Source: Pseudobdellovibrionaceae bacterium
Lineage (GTDB): Bacteria > Bdellovibrionota > Bdellovibrionia > Bdellovibrionales > UBA1609
Direction of reading: 5' to 3'
NCBI GenBank assembly: GCA_030591685.1
Contig: JAUVAX010000013.1
Coordinates: forward strand, 1-59,858
DNA length: 59,858 nucleotides
The stretch's first letter is position 1; each line of letters begins with the position of its first letter. The notes below the pieces were generated by a model. It worked only from the letters and a program-made list of their open reading frames with translations, made no database searches and was not told the DNA's origin. Below, piece by piece: positions 58,899 through 59,858 of this stretch. Position numbers and translations under genes: made by a program.

Positions 58899-59858
58899 AT
58901 GAAAATCAAAATAGCAGCCCGGCAAAGTGAACTAGCGCGATTACAAGCCTACTTAGTTGGTGCTGAAATACAAAAAGTGAACTCCGATATTCAGGTTGAA
59001 TATATGTTCTCAGCATCAGCTGGAGATAAGGATCAAGACTCTTTATTAAGCTCATTTGGTGATAAGGGGGCCTTTACTCAAGATTTTTATCAAGGGTTAG
59101 TAGAGGGTGATCATGATGTAGTTGTTCATTCATGGAAAGACCTCCCCACAGAAGACCGCAATCAGACCAAAGTCATCGCCACCTTAGCCCGGGCTGATGT
59201 TCATGACGTGGCCTTGTTTAAAAAAAGTGTTAATAAAAATCAACCCCAAAAAATTAAAGTATTAACCTCTTCACCAAGAAGGGTTTATAATTTAAAAGAT
59301 TTTTTTCTAAACTACCTGCCCTTTCAAGTTAATGATGTGGAGTTTGAACCTGTAAGGGGTAATATATCTACTCGTATAAAAAAGCTACTAAGCCATGATG
59401 AGGCCCATGTGCTAATTGTGGCCAAGGCTGCTATTGATCGACTCATGTCAGCCCCTCAACAAGAGTTTCAACCGGTTCAAAAAGAAATCAAATCGTACTT
59501 AAAAGAGTGTGATTTTATGGTTTTACCTCTAAGTTTAAACCCAGCTGCTGCCGCGCAAGGGGCCTTTGCTGTTGAAATTAATGAGAACAGAGGTGACTTG
59601 CTAGAGATATTTTCAAAAGTAAACTCGGCCAAAGATTTTAATGACGTTTTACAAGAAAGAGAAATACTTAAGTCTCATGGTGGGGGCTGCCATCAAAAAA
59701 TAGGGATTTCTATTTTATCAAAACATTATGGGCAAGTTCAGTTTTTAAAAGGATTTACAGATGAGGGACAGGTTTTAGATAAAAAACAAATTATAAACCG
59801 CACTCAAGGGTTACCGGAAAGGCCAATATCAATAACTCAAGCGTGGCCCCTAAGCCGA
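58899..59858 (+). CDS. hemC: hydroxymethylbilane synthase (runs off window edge)
   Basis: Hand translation MKIKIAARQSELARLQA...GDK...VHSWKDLP...TSSPRR...VRGNISTR...PAAAQGA...GGGCHQKIG; open to the end of the window. Confidence 0.93.
   Translation, partial: MKIKIAARQSELARLQAYLVGAEIQKVNSDIQVEYMFSASAGDKDQDSLLSSFGDKGAFTQDFYQGLVEGDHDVVVHSWKDLPTEDRNQTKVIATLARADVHDVALFKKSVNKNQPQKIKVLTSSPRRVYNLKDFFLNYLPFQVNDVEFEPVRGNISTRIKKLLSHDEAHVLIVAKAAIDRLMSAPQQEFQPVQKEIKSYLKECDFMVLPLSLNPAAAAQGAFAVEINENRGDLLEIFSKVNSAKDFNDVLQEREILKSHGGGCHQKIGISILSKHYGQVQFLKGFTDEGQVLDKKQIINRTQGLPERPISITQAWPLSR

Overview
A mostly core-chromosome region from an AT-rich bacterium. Gene content and order suggest a Bdellovibrionota-like organism (inference): spoVG-tRNA-Gln, degP/DUF1844/htpX-like divergent from a MoxR-Bat operon, glyQS-ppdK-smc-ftsY, zapA-ygfA-rny-tyrS, and a short hemA followed by hemC. 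The window also encodes MscS, an MCP plus an FHA protein, surface/secreted hypotheticals, two lytic transglycosylases, iscS-iscA, an acyl-CoA dehydrogenase, PilZ, ArfB, speD-speE, an interrupted lemA, slyX and a 2OG-Fe(II) oxygenase. No CRISPR array, rRNA, transposase or prophage was seen. The most notable observations are: (1) an orphan, terminator-bounded minus-strand small RNA/14-aa ORF at about 23.85-24.01 kb with a GGA-loop hairpin; (2) a eukaryotic-type AdoMetDC (speD) preceded by a structured leader with a possible uORF; (3) an HtpX homologue that has lost all its zinc/catalytic residues, upstream of DUF1844 and DegP; (4) a ferredoxin with a long Arg/Asn-rich tail downstream of rny-tyrS; (5) lemA with an in-frame stop and an 8-bp tandem repeat; (6) an array of TAAGAC/GTCTTA palindromes upstream of spoVG. 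All calls come from motif recognition by eye; no database searches were run.
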